From a virus, in IMG/VR virus record IMGVR_UViG_3300032288_002265, positions 1 to 64,000 of that record: a stretch of 64,000 bases of DNA; one strand, given 5' to 3'. The translations under genes were made by a program, and so were the position numbers. Positions 26,520 through 36,021 of the stretch are shown one piece after another. The notes below the pieces were generated by a model, which was not told where the DNA came from, did not search any database, and saw nothing but the letters and a program-made list of their open reading frames with translations. The first letter of the stretch is position 1. Each line of letters begins with the position of its first letter.

Positions 26520-27512
26520 TTAGGCGACAATCTCTTCGAGTTCACGCAGAGTGATGCGGAACCCACACGCGCCCTTGTGGCCACCACCGCCGTACTCCAC
26601 GGCGATCTTGCTCAGGTCGTGGTGCTCCTTACCCGCAATGTGGTAGAGGCTCACCATGACCCTGTTGTCTTTGCCGGTGTACCGCCACGCGAAACACGCA
26701 TCATGCTCGGGTCTGATACCTCCCTTGAGCAGGTCGCTGTTGCCGCGCTGTCCGACGTTCAAGGCGCAGAAGGTCAGTCCCTCCCACTCGATGGTGTGGC
26801 TGTAGGTCGCGCTGTACTCGTCGTTCTGCTTGTCGCAGTAGGACTTGATTGCACGGCCTTGGGTGATTACGTCGTCCAGCTTGACGCCGGTCGGCTCGCC
26901 GCTGAACTGGTTCTCCACCAAGCGCCCGAGGTCGGTCTCGCTCAAGGCTCTCAGCCCGAACTGGAGCACCTTGGCATCCGGGTCGCGGTGGTCCCAAATG
27001 TCGTACTCCCCGGCGAGTCGAATCAGTCGCGGCTCCTTGATTTCGCGATCAACGAACACCGACTTGGTCAGCGGCCAGAGATGCTCTTGACCCACGTCCC
27101 AAGTGAACCACGCCCAGCACAGGCGGCACGCGGCAACGCCGTCAATGCGGATGCCTCGGAACAACTCGTTTGGTTGAGGCGTGGGTGTTGGGGCGTCCCA
27201 CTTCTCGATGGCCGACTTGTGGTGGTCGATCCACACGATCTTGTCGCAAAGCTCAGGCCGAGCCATGAGCTCGTCCACGCTCAGGTCCACGATGTAGATC
27301 GCGTCGTACAGAGACCATTCGTTGCTGAACTGGTCTCCAAGTTGCGGGTCGAACCACGCATGTAAAGGAACTGGAACCGGACGACCATAGTCCCACCCGT
27401 AAGAGTGGACAGCGGCGTCTGGGTGGAGGCGCTTCAGGTGGAAGCGGCACGTCTCGTTCGACAGCTTCCCGTCGAAGTCTGCGTCGTGATAGATGATCGC
27501 GATGTTGTTCAT
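26520..27512 (-). CDS. DHH/DHHA1-family phosphoesterase
   Basis: YHDADFDG, IVDLS, WIDHH and GGGGHKGACGF motifs. Confidence 0.9.
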   Translation of the reverse strand: MNNIAIIYHDADFDGKLSNETCRFHLKRLHPDAAVHSYGWDYGRPVPVPLHAWFDPQLGDQFSNEWSLYDAIYIVDLSVDELMARPELCDKIVWIDHHKSAIEKWDAPTPTPQPNELFRGIRIDGVAACRLCWAWFTWDVGQEHLWPLTKSVFVDREIKEPRLIRLAGEYDIWDHRDPDAKVLQFGLRALSETDLGRLVENQFSGEPTGVKLDDVITQGRAIKSYCDKQNDEYSATYSHTIEWEGLTFCALNVGQRGNSDLLKGGIRPEHDACFAWRYTGKDNRVMVSLYHIAGKEHHDLSKIAVEYGGGGHKGACGFRITLRELEEIVA

Positions 27513-28258
27513 TTCGTTTCTCCTTTCAGTTGGTTGATTTCCGTCTTGAGGCGTTCGATCTCTGACTTGAGCGAGTCCACCTCGCTCTTCCGTAGGGCCA
27601 TCGCCTCGACGACCGTGGGAAAGTGTGTTGCGAACTCAGCGCGGATCGCATGAGCAACCTCGCGGTGCTCCTTCTGTGCGTGCGATGACTCGCGCTGATC
27701 GAGGTAGTGGATCCATGTCCTCGCGCTGCCCTTCATGTAGAGCTTGGTCTTGGCGCAGGTAGGCAGGACGAAGCGTGCGCTCTCGGGGGCGATGCCTGCC
27801 TCGATCAGGGTGATGTAGGTGTCGACCGAATTCCGCACCGTCGCGTTGAAGTGCGTCTGCCTCCAGTCGTTGGAAGCGATGTCGTTGCCGCTCCCTTGCC
27901 GGTTCCCGCCCACAGCCTTCTCGCGCAGGACGATCGGCTCGATGACGGTGCCCAGCTTGGTGACCTCGGCATACCTGGCACTGAACTGCTGAAACTTCGC
28001 GGACCAGTGACGCAGGATCTGCATCGATATCGCGAGGCTGGTCTCGATCTCAACCGTCAGGTCGGCCTGGTCGAATACGGACCAGTGACCCTCCCTCATG
28101 CAGAAGTTCAACAGCCCTGGGCCGGTGAGGTGGTTCTGCTGGTTGCTCGGGTTGCTGACCCTGGCGGTGTAAACCAGGTGCTGATCTGGTGTGAGGTGCT
28201 GTTGTGTGGCGGAGTCGAAGACAAGGCTCGACGTGACTGCAACGGATGTGACTTTCAT
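27509..28258 (-). CDS. thyX: FAD-dependent thymidylate synthase
   Basis: GHWSVFDQ, RHWSAKFQQFSARY (RHx...SxRY), APESARFVLP and HAQKEHRE; AGGAG SD before the ATG at 28258. Confidence 0.9.
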   Translation of the reverse strand: MKVTSVAVTSSLVFDSATQQHLTPDQHLVYTARVSNPSNQQNHLTGPGLLNFCMREGHWSVFDQADLTVEIETSLAISMQILRHWSAKFQQFSARYAEVTKLGTVIEPIVLREKAVGGNRQGSGNDIASNDWRQTHFNATVRNSVDTYITLIEAGIAPESARFVLPTCAKTKLYMKGSARTWIHYLDQRESSHAQKEHREVAHAIRAEFATHFPTVVEAMALRKSEVDSLKSEIERLKTEINQLKGETK

Positions 28259-28397
28259 AGTGGTTCTCCTCGGCGTGATTGCCGACCAAGCGGCATCAGT
28301 TTCCCGATGCCGCTGGATCAGATATCGCCCCCTCTCCATGGGAGCAGACTGAACACAGTCTGTGTGACGGGAAGGGCGCGAGGTGTACAGGACAAAC

Positions 28398-29111
28398 TCA
28401 GTTGTTGATGACGAAGCTCGTCGCGATCTTGCGAGCCTTGCCCTTGGCCTTGAGGCCGACGATCACGCTGTGAGGATCGAGGAAGCGGAGATCGTGGTCG
28501 TCGCCACGGATGACGCGGACACCGTCCCACTCGGCGGGTGGCTCGTGAAGGAAGACGACGGAGACGTTGCCGCCACGGGAGATCACCTCTTTAACCACTC
28601 GGTCGTTGTCACCTGAACGGCTGAAGGTGAGGTGGTAGTTGGATGGCATCTCGCCGTTGAGGAACCGCTTCATGCGGAGTGGAACCTTGGTGTAGTCGTA
28701 GAACTGGACGTTGCTGAAGATGTCCATGATCGCCTTACCCTTGTGCTTGATGTTTTCCCACGGCAGATCACTCGTGCCGTTGGGTCGGATGCACGGGGTG
28801 AGTCCGAGGCGATCGGCCTTGCGGATGGTGGCCTCGATGTCGCGCACCAGGGTGTCGATGAACGCAGCCTGGTCTCGGTGGAACCATTGAGTCTTGAGGA
28901 TGCGTGACTGCTGGATCTGAGTGAAGATCCCTCGGCCTGCAGTGTTGAGGCAGGTCTCGGCGCAGGTGCTCCACTTGGCGTGGGAGCAGACGTTGATCCC
29001 GCTCAGCTTGAACGGGGCGAGGTACAGGACCGAGGTGAGAAAGCCCTTGGCTTCTCCCTTCACGGTCTTGGCGTCGTTGGATGTACAGAGTACGTGCTTG
29101 TTGTGATTCAT
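28398..29111 (-). CDS. GP88-like Cys-rich (radical-SAM-related) protein
   Basis: LYLAP...NVC...TCAETCLNTAGRG, IRPNGTSD, QFYDYTK, NYHLTFS and GDDHDLRFLD. Confidence 0.7.
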   Translation of the reverse strand: MNHNKHVLCTSNDAKTVKGEAKGFLTSVLYLAPFKLSGINVCSHAKWSTCAETCLNTAGRGIFTQIQQSRILKTQWFHRDQAAFIDTLVRDIEATIRKADRLGLTPCIRPNGTSDLPWENIKHKGKAIMDIFSNVQFYDYTKVPLRMKRFLNGEMPSNYHLTFSRSGDNDRVVKEVISRGGNVSVVFLHEPPAEWDGVRVIRGDDHDLRFLDPHSVIVGLKAKGKARKIATSFVINN

Positions 29112-29183
29112 GGTGGATTGTTTGCGGTGACGTGATTGACACCGCCCACTGCGCCCGACTTGCGCCAGACGCAGGGAGCGAGG

Positions 29184-29399
29184 TCAGGAAATGGTGGCGT
29201 GTCCTCGAGCGATCTCGATGGACTGCGCCTTTCCTGCGAGGACTACGTGCGGCTGCATCCGTCTGATCCTGGTGAACGTGGGCACCTGGATCTTCATGGA
29301 CTTGACCGTGAAGGACTGTCCCATCCAGTGGATGGTCAGGCGTGGAGCCTTAGCCTTGAGTGAGGCTGGCTTGTTGTAGTGGAACCAGAAGGGACTCAT
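29184..29399 (-). CDS. Hypothetical protein
   Basis: MSPFWFHYNKPAS...QPHVVLAG. Confidence 0.55.
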   Translation of the reverse strand: MSPFWFHYNKPASLKAKAPRLTIHWMGQSFTVKSMKIQVPTFTRIRRMQPHVVLAGKAQSIEIARGHATIS

Positions 29400-29488
29400 G
29401 GTTTGGTTGCGTGTACAGCCAATGCGGTAGCTGCCCGAAGATCGGGAAGCTGCTGGCTGAAATTGGGGGAGCTTGCAGTCCGGTCGGA

Positions 29489-29695
29489 CTACGCGATGAA
29501 GAAGTCTTCCACCTTGTAGGAAGACGTGACGCCGTCGGCCCAGAAGAGCGAGGCCCAGTCGTTGTTGATGATGCAGTGGACGAACCACTTGCCGTGCTTG
29601 TCCTGCTTCAACTGGTAGGCACCAGTCTTCCAGTAAACACGATGACCGCTCTTCACTGAATCAACAGCATCGGCGATGGTGCGGAACTGACTCAT
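29489..29695 (-). CDS. Hypothetical protein
   Basis: AAGGAG SD; AVDSVKSGHRVYWKTGAY. Confidence 0.6.
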   Translation of the reverse strand: MSQFRTIADAVDSVKSGHRVYWKTGAYQLKQDKHGKWFVHCIINNDWASLFWADGVTSSYKVEDFFIA

Positions 29696-29822
29696 GGTTT
29701 CTCCTTCTGTGCTGCAGCGATTGCCTTGGCCATGATGCGAACTACCTCGGTCAGCGACTTGCGCTGGCGTGGCGTGAGCATCCGGTCGAGTGGCTTCGGC
29801 ACGATGAGTTTGTTCTTTTGAA

Positions 29823-30149
29823 TCACTCCTTCTCCTCGGTTAGCGATTCGTAGTAGTGGCCGTGGTACTCGATGCGTCCCGGCGTGGCTGAGAATCCGTA
29901 CTGCGAGTTGATGAAGTCGGCGACGTTGTTGGCGTCACCCTCCATGATGCCTAGCTTTTCCTTAACGTAGGCTGGGTGCGCTCGGAACGGGCCGAACGTG
30001 TAGCACCCCTTGCCGATGATCCCGATGAACAGGTACGGAGCAGACCGCATGATCGCGATCTCGAACTGCGTTGCATTGCCGAGCGCGACTTGATGTATCC
30101 CGTCTTTGAGTACAGGGAACACGCCTTTGGATGTGGGTCGAATAGTCAT
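29823..30149 (-). CDS. Hypothetical protein
   Basis: CA-rich leader and a plausible globular sequence. Confidence 0.55.
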   Translation of the reverse strand: MTIRPTSKGVFPVLKDGIHQVALGNATQFEIAIMRSAPYLFIGIIGKGCYTFGPFRAHPAYVKEKLGIMEGDANNVADFINSQYGFSATPGRIEYHGHYYESLTEEKE

Positions 30150-30169
30150 GGTTGCAGTGTTGTTCGTGG

Positions 30170-30655
30170 TTACTTGTTTGCTTCCCTCTCAACTGTGATG
30201 GACAGATTGAACAGCCAGTTGCTTATCCTGGTCAGTAGGCGGCGGATCAGGCTAGGCTTTGGATTCCCGAGCTTGGGCGTTGGGACCGGAGACTCGATGA
30301 TGATGATCGGAGGGTATGTTGCCTCAGGCAGCTGCGGGCTACGGTGATGCAACTCGACGTGCAACTTACCGAAAGCACCTTTGATGAATCGACCATGCTT
30401 CAGGTGCTTGGGTGCATACCGGAGACGAGCGTTGGCGACTGCGCTTGGCGTTGCGATCATCTGGTTGCCGATCTCAAAGTTCGGCTTGCTCCAGTCGACG
30501 CCACGCCAGTTGATCGTCCACTCGCCGCGCTCGTGCCGGCGGTGGTGCATATTGCGGCGGTGGTAACTTACTGTGGCGATGGACACACCAAGCTCTTTGG
30601 CCAGAGCAGATGTCTTCTTGTTCCAGTCTACGTTGTTCCAGTTGATCTCTTTCAT
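30170..30655 (-). CDS. Tandem HTH-repeat protein
   Basis: WNNVDWNKKTSALAKELGVSIATVSYHR and WRGVDWSKPNFEIGNQMIATPSAVANAR repeats. Confidence 0.6.
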   Translation of the reverse strand: MKEINWNNVDWNKKTSALAKELGVSIATVSYHRRNMHHRRHERGEWTINWRGVDWSKPNFEIGNQMIATPSAVANARLRYAPKHLKHGRFIKGAFGKLHVELHHRSPQLPEATYPPIIIIESPVPTPKLGNPKPSLIRRLLTRISNWLFNLSITVEREANK

Positions 30656-30682
30656 AGTGTATGTGTGTGTTTAGGTGATGGG

Positions 30683-31309
30683 TCAGAGTGAATCGACGGC
30701 GGCTTGGAAGGCGTCCCTGATCTTGTTGGTCAACTCGCTTTCGAGTTCATCGTCATCCAAGCGATCGTCGATCTCGGACTTAACGAAGGCTCTCAGTCCT
30801 ACGATGTCGTCTGCATTGAGTGGGGCTTGGTTCTGCACCGCTTCATCGACTGCCTCGCTGAAGCCGGTGATGTTGTCAGCGGTGATGCTCTTGATGACCG
30901 CTTCAATCTTCTCGTCCACCGCATCGAGCAAGTTGGCCTTGATCACCTCAATCTTGACGGTGTCGAGAACCTCCTTAACAACGTCTTGCTTCACCGCTGC
31001 CATTGAGATGTTGACAGCGTTGTTGACGTGACCATTGAGACTGATCCCGATGATGTCATACAACTCATGGTTCTGTTGCTCCAGTCTAACAATGCGTTCG
31101 ACCAGTGGGTTGGTTGACTTCTCCGCCATCTGCGGAGTGTATGTGAAAATGACTGTGTTGAGGGCGGTATTCAGTGTCACTACCTCCCGCTCCAGTTTAT
31201 CGATGCGTTCGACCAGTGGTTTGGTCGCTTGCTCCACGACCTGCTGCGTGAAGATCGTGATGACTGCGTTGATAGCTGCGAGCACCTGGTTGTTCTGTTG
31301 TGTTTCCAT
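30683..31309 (-). CDS. Acidic coiled-coil protein
   Basis: Internal duplication PLVERIDKLE / PLVERIVRLE; acidic C-terminus. Confidence 0.6.
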   Translation of the reverse strand: METQQNNQVLAAINAVITIFTQQVVEQATKPLVERIDKLEREVVTLNTALNTVIFTYTPQMAEKSTNPLVERIVRLEQQNHELYDIIGISLNGHVNNAVNISMAAVKQDVVKEVLDTVKIEVIKANLLDAVDEKIEAVIKSITADNITGFSEAVDEAVQNQAPLNADDIVGLRAFVKSEIDDRLDDDELESELTNKIRDAFQAAVDSL

Positions 31310-31420
31310 ATCTGCTTGTTGTTGATGTTCCTTGGATCTACCGCCACGTTGTGTGGAAGCAGACCAAAGGAGCCGGGTTTCACCCCGGCTGTGTGGTTAG
31401 GGACTGGTCCCTAGTAGATC

Positions 31421-31636
31421 TTAATCATAGATGTCTTCGTCCTGAGGAACGGACGCTTCGACTACGCGGTAGCCACTGCCGTCTTCCTCACCGTGAATGA
31501 AGTCGGCCATCTGAGATAGGGCCTCTTCTCTAGTGTCGTAGTGGTCGTCGACGTAAGGGCCTCCATCGAATGACGTTTTGATGTCTGCCCAACCACGATA
31601 GAGTGCCGTCTGGATCTTCCACTTGGTGGCACTCAC
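31421..31636 (-). CDS. Hypothetical protein
   Basis: GGAGG SD and GTGA coupling. Confidence 0.6.
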   Translation of the reverse strand: MSATKWKIQTALYRGWADIKTSFDGGPYVDDHYDTREEALSQMADFIHGEEDGSGYRVVEASVPQDEDIYD

Positions 31637-31917
31637 TTCGCACCTCCCACGAAGATGTGAGCGTAGGTTCCGTCAGGCAGACCGCCTGTCACGAACGGCC
31701 TTGCCCATACGTTTTGAGATGAGTGTTTGCATATACCATCCTCCTCATCCTCCTTGATGAACCGCGCAACCAACTGGCGCACAGCCTCGCGATGAACCTC
31801 GTCGCCGCTCAGGTCGAACGGATACGAGATGGTGATTGAACCGCGCTCGCACCTTGCTTTGATGAGTGAACCACATTTGTCGGTGCGTGGTATGTACTTT
31901 GTGTGGACAGCTTGCAT
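31633..31917 (-). CDS. Hypothetical protein
   Basis: MQAVHTKYIPRTDKCGSLIKA, an N-terminus common among small phage early proteins. Confidence 0.65.
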   Translation of the reverse strand: MQAVHTKYIPRTDKCGSLIKARCERGSITISYPFDLSGDEVHREAVRQLVARFIKEDEEDGICKHSSQNVWARPFVTGGLPDGTYAHIFVGGAK

Positions 31918-31921
31918 GTGA

Positions 31922-32683
31922 TTACTTGGTTTTGAGTTGAAGGTTGCGGATCTGACTGACGAGAGTGCATTGCATCGAGACGGCTAGGTCTGCGATGTGT
32001 GATGAGTTCATACAAGCGCACAGCTTGCGGATGTCGGTATCGACGCGCTCCTTCCAGAGGCGGGAGTCGATCATCTCTACCACCTCCTCCACGTTGACGT
32101 GGTTGAGCACACCGACGGTGTTGAATGACGGCCCGTCACTGTGGTGTTCACAAATCCAGTTGGCCTTGTCCGCTGCGTTGTGCCAGAGGCAGTCAATGTC
32201 CTCATCGGTGAGCAGGTGGAAGGCATCGTCGATTTCCTCGGGCTTGAACCCATGCTCGGTGACTCCACTCCACTCGTGCTCGACCTCGCGCTTGAGAGCA
32301 CGTGAGAAATCGCTGCGACCCCACGATACCCACGCATCGTTCTCGGCATCGTTCTCCCGCTTGGACAGGTCTTCCTCATTCAGCACTGGGTAGTCATCGA
32401 GCGATGCCTCCATCGTTTCTGCCTCGGCAACGATGCGTTCTTCCTTCGGGTTTATGATGATGATCTCGTACCAGCCCGGCCCCCAATGGCCGAAGCGGTG
32501 AACCTCTACGTTGTCCCCCTCACCGCCAAGCCCTTCGAGGAAGGCGTGGAAGTTGGACTCTTCCATAGGGCCTGAGTCCCTAGTGCGGGTGACGGGACAG
32601 ACCAGCCAGTCTTGCCGGTCGTCGTCGAGGAATGCGCCGGCACGGTCGAACTGTGTCGGACGGTGATGCTTGTATGGTGTCAT
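31922..32683 (-). CDS. Conserved-looking acidic phage early protein
   Basis: Start MTPYKH; motifs RDSGPMEESNF, RFGHWGPGWYEII and LDDYPVLNEEDLS. Confidence 0.65.
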   Translation of the reverse strand: MTPYKHHRPTQFDRAGAFLDDDRQDWLVCPVTRTRDSGPMEESNFHAFLEGLGGEGDNVEVHRFGHWGPGWYEIIIINPKEERIVAEAETMEASLDDYPVLNEEDLSKRENDAENDAWVSWGRSDFSRALKREVEHEWSGVTEHGFKPEEIDDAFHLLTDEDIDCLWHNAADKANWICEHHSDGPSFNTVGVLNHVNVEEVVEMIDSRLWKERVDTDIRKLCACMNSSHIADLAVSMQCTLVSQIRNLQLKTK

Positions 32684-32687
32684 TGAT

Positions 32688-33041
32688 TCAGTGGCTGAGG
32701 TGGTTGTTGAGCTTCTCCTGAAGGGCCTTGAGTTTATCGTCGGATATGTCGAGTGAATCAGCGATCCCATCGAACAGTTCGGAATCAGCGAGGGTGATGC
32801 GTGCTGCCTCCAACAGGGTGATGAGTTCGCCCTGGTCGAACGGGTGGATGTGGACTGGCTTGTCATCATCCACAGTGACGAGAGACTTGAAGTAGCCGTC
32901 GTCGTCAGTCGTTGACAGTTTGAGTTCCGTCGCACCGGAGTGGATGTCTTCAATAACGTCGGAGCTCCAGTCTCGGTCGTCTTCCATCACGATCAGTGTG
33001 TGGATTGCGAATTGGATGAGACGGTGTTGCTGCTGTGTCAT
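32688..33041 (-). CDS. Acidic hypothetical protein
   Basis: Start MTQQQHRL at 33041. Confidence 0.55.
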   Translation of the reverse strand: MTQQQHRLIQFAIHTLIVMEDDRDWSSDVIEDIHSGATELKLSTTDDDGYFKSLVTVDDDKPVHIHPFDQGELITLLEAARITLADSELFDGIADSLDISDDKLKALQEKLNNHLSH

Positions 33042-33147
33042 GGTGTGATTCAGTGAAGAACGCCGGCAACTTGATGCGCGTGCCGGCTTTGCGCTTAGGG
33101 ACTGATCCCTAGTGACGCCACCGCTGCGACGATGGCGTCGGTAGGAG

Positions 33148-33435
33148 TCAGAGGACTTCAGTGGTGTCGAAGCCCAACTCTTGCAGGTATTCGATCGCTT
33201 CCTTGGGTAGCTCGAACACTCCGTCGTAACCGATGACGCGCCGACCTCGAAGCTGGATGCCGATGTGGACAACCTCGCAGTCGGTGTGCTGGCCAACCGG
33301 CCAGTAGCACCACTCGATCAGTGCGCCACGTCCATCATGCGGGAACCACTCCATCGTGTTCTCGTGAAGCCCGATGTCGATTGGCCGAGAACAGTTGGCG
33401 TGCTCAACCTGTAGCCGTGATGTAAATGACTTCAT
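33148..33435 (-). CDS. Hypothetical protein
   Basis: GYDGVFELPKEAIEYLQELGF; ATGA coupling. Confidence 0.6.
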   Translation of the reverse strand: MKSFTSRLQVEHANCSRPIDIGLHENTMEWFPHDGRGALIEWCYWPVGQHTDCEVVHIGIQLRGRRVIGYDGVFELPKEAIEYLQELGFDTTEVL

Positions 33436-33962
33436 TCAACCTCCATGGCTGCGGTGATGGTCTCGGACAACGCCCTGTGCTGGGTGAGCAGGCGATTGGC
33501 GGCACCTATTGCTTCTTTCTTGCAGTAGTCGAAGCCGTAGAAGCCCCAGCACGAGTCGATCATCTCGTTGTCCTCATCGGTGATCTCGTAGCCGTAGACA
33601 TCACCTCCGATGTATTGCGAGAACGCTTCGACGTGGGACTTGGCGGCTTCGCGAGCCTCTTCCTCTGAGTCCACCTGATCCTTGTCCACCGTCACGGTGC
33701 CGCTGCGCCCGCTGTCCCACGGGCAAGTGAACGGGGTGAGCGAGAGCGCAGAGGTGCCGTGAACCAAGGCGTAGACAGGAAACCTATAAACGTCCTCGTC
33801 CTGCCCCAGATTGAAGAGCGTTGTGTCTGACACCCGCTTATCGCCCAGCGTGTAGCGGGACTTGTCGCGGTAGTAGATGGTGACGCCGTGACTGAACGGT
33901 GCCTCTGCATCTGTGTCCTGCTTGATGGTGACCGTGAGGTGTCCGACTTTGAATGTATTCAT
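33432..33962 (-). CDS. Conserved-looking phage early protein
   Basis: PFTCPWDSG...QYIGGDVYGYEI...DSCWGFYG motif set. Confidence 0.65.
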   Translation of the reverse strand: MNTFKVGHLTVTIKQDTDAEAPFSHGVTIYYRDKSRYTLGDKRVSDTTLFNLGQDEDVYRFPVYALVHGTSALSLTPFTCPWDSGRSGTVTVDKDQVDSEEEAREAAKSHVEAFSQYIGGDVYGYEITDEDNEMIDSCWGFYGFDYCKKEAIGAANRLLTQHRALSETITAAMEVE

Positions 33963-34261
33963 TGTGTGATGTTGAGGTGTTGCTTGTGATTGTTGTAAGG
34001 GCAGAACTCTGCTCCTCCTTCGTCTGTCTGTGTCAGGTATCCCTTGATCCTTTTACCTTTGTATCGGGTAACGGCAGGGATTGAGAAGTAGGTGTTGGCG
34101 TAACCTGTGGCATAGCACGTCAGGCGCAGATCGGTGCCGTGGATCGGGCAGTTGTTCACCTTGGCCCAAGGTCCGAGGCAATCGAAGGGACCTCCGGGTC
34201 TCCACCCAATGGCTCCGTTCGAGAACTCGAATCGTTCACGAGCGATAAAGACTTGGCTCAC
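33959..34261 (-). CDS. Hypothetical protein
   Basis: TGYANTYFSIPA...GKRIKGYLT; GTGA coupling. Confidence 0.6.
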   Translation of the reverse strand: MSQVFIARERFEFSNGAIGWRPGGPFDCLGPWAKVNNCPIHGTDLRLTCYATGYANTYFSIPAVTRYKGKRIKGYLTQTDEGGAEFCPYNNHKQHLNITQ

Positions 34262-34518
34262 TTCGCACCTCCATCCTGTATTGCCTTGCCGGCGGGATAC
34301 TCGAAGACAACGGCGTCATCGATGATCTCGTGCTTCACCTTGCCGGTGAGCAGGTCGACGGCGCACCGCTTGGTGAGCATGTAGCCGCTTGTCAGCAGCT
34401 TGATCGACCATGATTTGTTGAATGAGTATTGGTTGATCGCCATCGCGATAATCCCGGGGGTGTGGATCATGCTGTCGGAACTGAGCCTGATCGTGTCTGT
34501 CTGTGTGGTTGCGTTCAT
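34258..34518 (-). CDS. Hypothetical protein
   Basis: Coupled ORF ending GGAK. Confidence 0.55.
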   Translation of the reverse strand: MNATTQTDTIRLSSDSMIHTPGIIAMAINQYSFNKSWSIKLLTSGYMLTKRCAVDLLTGKVKHEIIDDAVVFEYPAGKAIQDGGAK

Positions 34519-34841
34519 GGTTGTGTTTCGTTAGGGACTGAGTCTTTAAGCTCTGCCTCGATGAAGAACTCCGACCCGTCAGGCAGAATGACGGACGGAA
34601 CATAGGGGATGACGCCCATCTCTCGTTTGTCGTAGAGGCACGACGCGAGCATGGGCCTGTGTTTCTTTTCCATAGGCCACGGGATTTCGTCCCAGTCTCC
34701 TTCTGGATACTGAAACAAGATGACCGGGTCGGATGAAAACCATGCCTTCATCAGGGCGTCGACGATGTCGCTGTGCTTGGTGTGAAGACGGCCGTGTTCG
34801 ACGACCAGTGTGACTTGTGCTGTGTGTTGTATTGCTTTCAT
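34515..34841 (-). CDS. Hypothetical protein
   Basis: ATGA coupling at both ends. Confidence 0.55.
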   Translation of the reverse strand: MKAIQHTAQVTLVVEHGRLHTKHSDIVDALMKAWFSSDPVILFQYPEGDWDEIPWPMEKKHRPMLASCLYDKREMGVIPYVPSVILPDGSEFFIEAELKDSVPNETQP

Positions 34842-35296
34842 AGGTTGTAGAGGTATCCGAGTTCTCGGAGGCTGACGTGCTTTTCGGCACCGATAATTAC
34901 GCTGTCGTTGACGTTGATCCTGAGAATCTGTCCTCCCTTCTGGAGTTCGCGGCTGATCCTGATGTCAGCCTCGGATGGGGTCGGGTCTCCGCTTGGGTGA
35001 TTGTGAACCACCACAAGGGAGTGCGCTGCATTGATGATCGCAGCACGGAAGACTTCCCGTGAATGGACCACGACCTGATCTAGCGTTCCGAGTGCGACCA
35101 AGACGTGGCCAGTGATCCTGCATCGAGTGTTGAGCAGGATCGCAACAAAGGATTCCTGATCCGGCGAGAACCAGGAAGCTGACGGGATGTTCTGCCTCCA
35201 GTAGGAGACGATGCGTGATGGGCAGTCACCCATGACTGCTTCGCTAGGTCCGCAGTCCCTAAGCCGCATGACCTTGAATTCTGCGGGCGGTCTCAA
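34838..35296 (-). CDS. radC: RadC-like JAB domain protein
   Basis: QESFVAILLN, VHSREVFRAAI and HNHPSGDPTPSEAD; likely TTG start at 35296. Confidence 0.85.
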   Translation of the reverse strand: MRPPAEFKVMRLRDCGPSEAVMGDCPSRIVSYWRQNIPSASWFSPDQESFVAILLNTRCRITGHVLVALGTLDQVVVHSREVFRAAIINAAHSLVVVHNHPSGDPTPSEADIRISRELQKGGQILRINVNDSVIIGAEKHVSLRELGYLYNL

Positions 35297-35592
35297 TTGG
35301 CACCTCCAGTTGCTTTGGATACGGCTTCCTGTGCCCATCGTGCTATGGCGAGGAAGTCACCCCTCCCCGGCGCATTTGGGAACGTAGTGGCGGAAAAATC
35401 CGCTTGTGTCTTGATTGCAACGAGCGCGGCCAGCAACTCGGGGGAGGATGCGATGAGACGGGCGTTGGCACCCTCATTCATGTGCATGACAGCGATGACA
35501 CCATCTTCTCGATCACGCACCTTGGTGTAGGTGCAGAACTGGCCGGGAACTGTGTTCCTGGTGATGTGCCAAGGGCCTGGGGTGTGGCTCAC
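35293..35592 (-). CDS. Phage protein of the HTPGPW...ANARLIA type
   Basis: SHTPGPW and ANARLIASSPELLAAL. Confidence 0.7.
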   Translation of the reverse strand: MSHTPGPWHITRNTVPGQFCTYTKVRDREDGVIAVMHMNEGANARLIASSPELLAALVAIKTQADFSATTFPNAPGRGDFLAIARWAQEAVSKATGGAN

Positions 35593-35948
35593 TTCGCACC
35601 TCCCTTCTGCTGCTGAAGCACGCGGTTCACGCGGATCCAGTACCGATCCGTGGCGGACTTTGTCGGACCCTTGGGGCCACCGTTCCAGATTCTTGCGGCG
35701 TATTCCTGATCGCGACCCTCGGCGTACCTCTTGAGGTAGAGGGCGCACACCTTGCGGGCGGCGACCCTGTTGGTCATCGACTTCCAAGTGTATGACGTGC
35801 CGGCGAACCGGTTCACGTCTTCGACCACGCCACGGTGGATCTGGAGCGGGCCAACGGCCAAGCCTCCGTCACCGATTGCTGAGTCGCGACCGTTGCTCTC
35901 GACAATGATCAATGCCGAGACGAGTTGTGTGAGTTGTGCTGCATCCAT
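35589..35948 (-). CDS. Lysozyme-like protein (i-type/destabilase or SLT-like)
   Basis: ALIIVESNG (catalytic Glu), GPLQI and ARIWNGGPKG. Confidence 0.75.
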   Translation of the reverse strand: MDAAQLTQLVSALIIVESNGRDSAIGDGGLAVGPLQIHRGVVEDVNRFAGTSYTWKSMTNRVAARKVCALYLKRYAEGRDQEYAARIWNGGPKGPTKSATDRYWIRVNRVLQQQKGGAK

Positions 35949-36021
35949 AGTTGTGTTGTGTGTTCCGGTTCAGCCGGATCTGCTAGGGACTCATTCCCTA
36001 ACATCCGCAGCACTACGTCTG

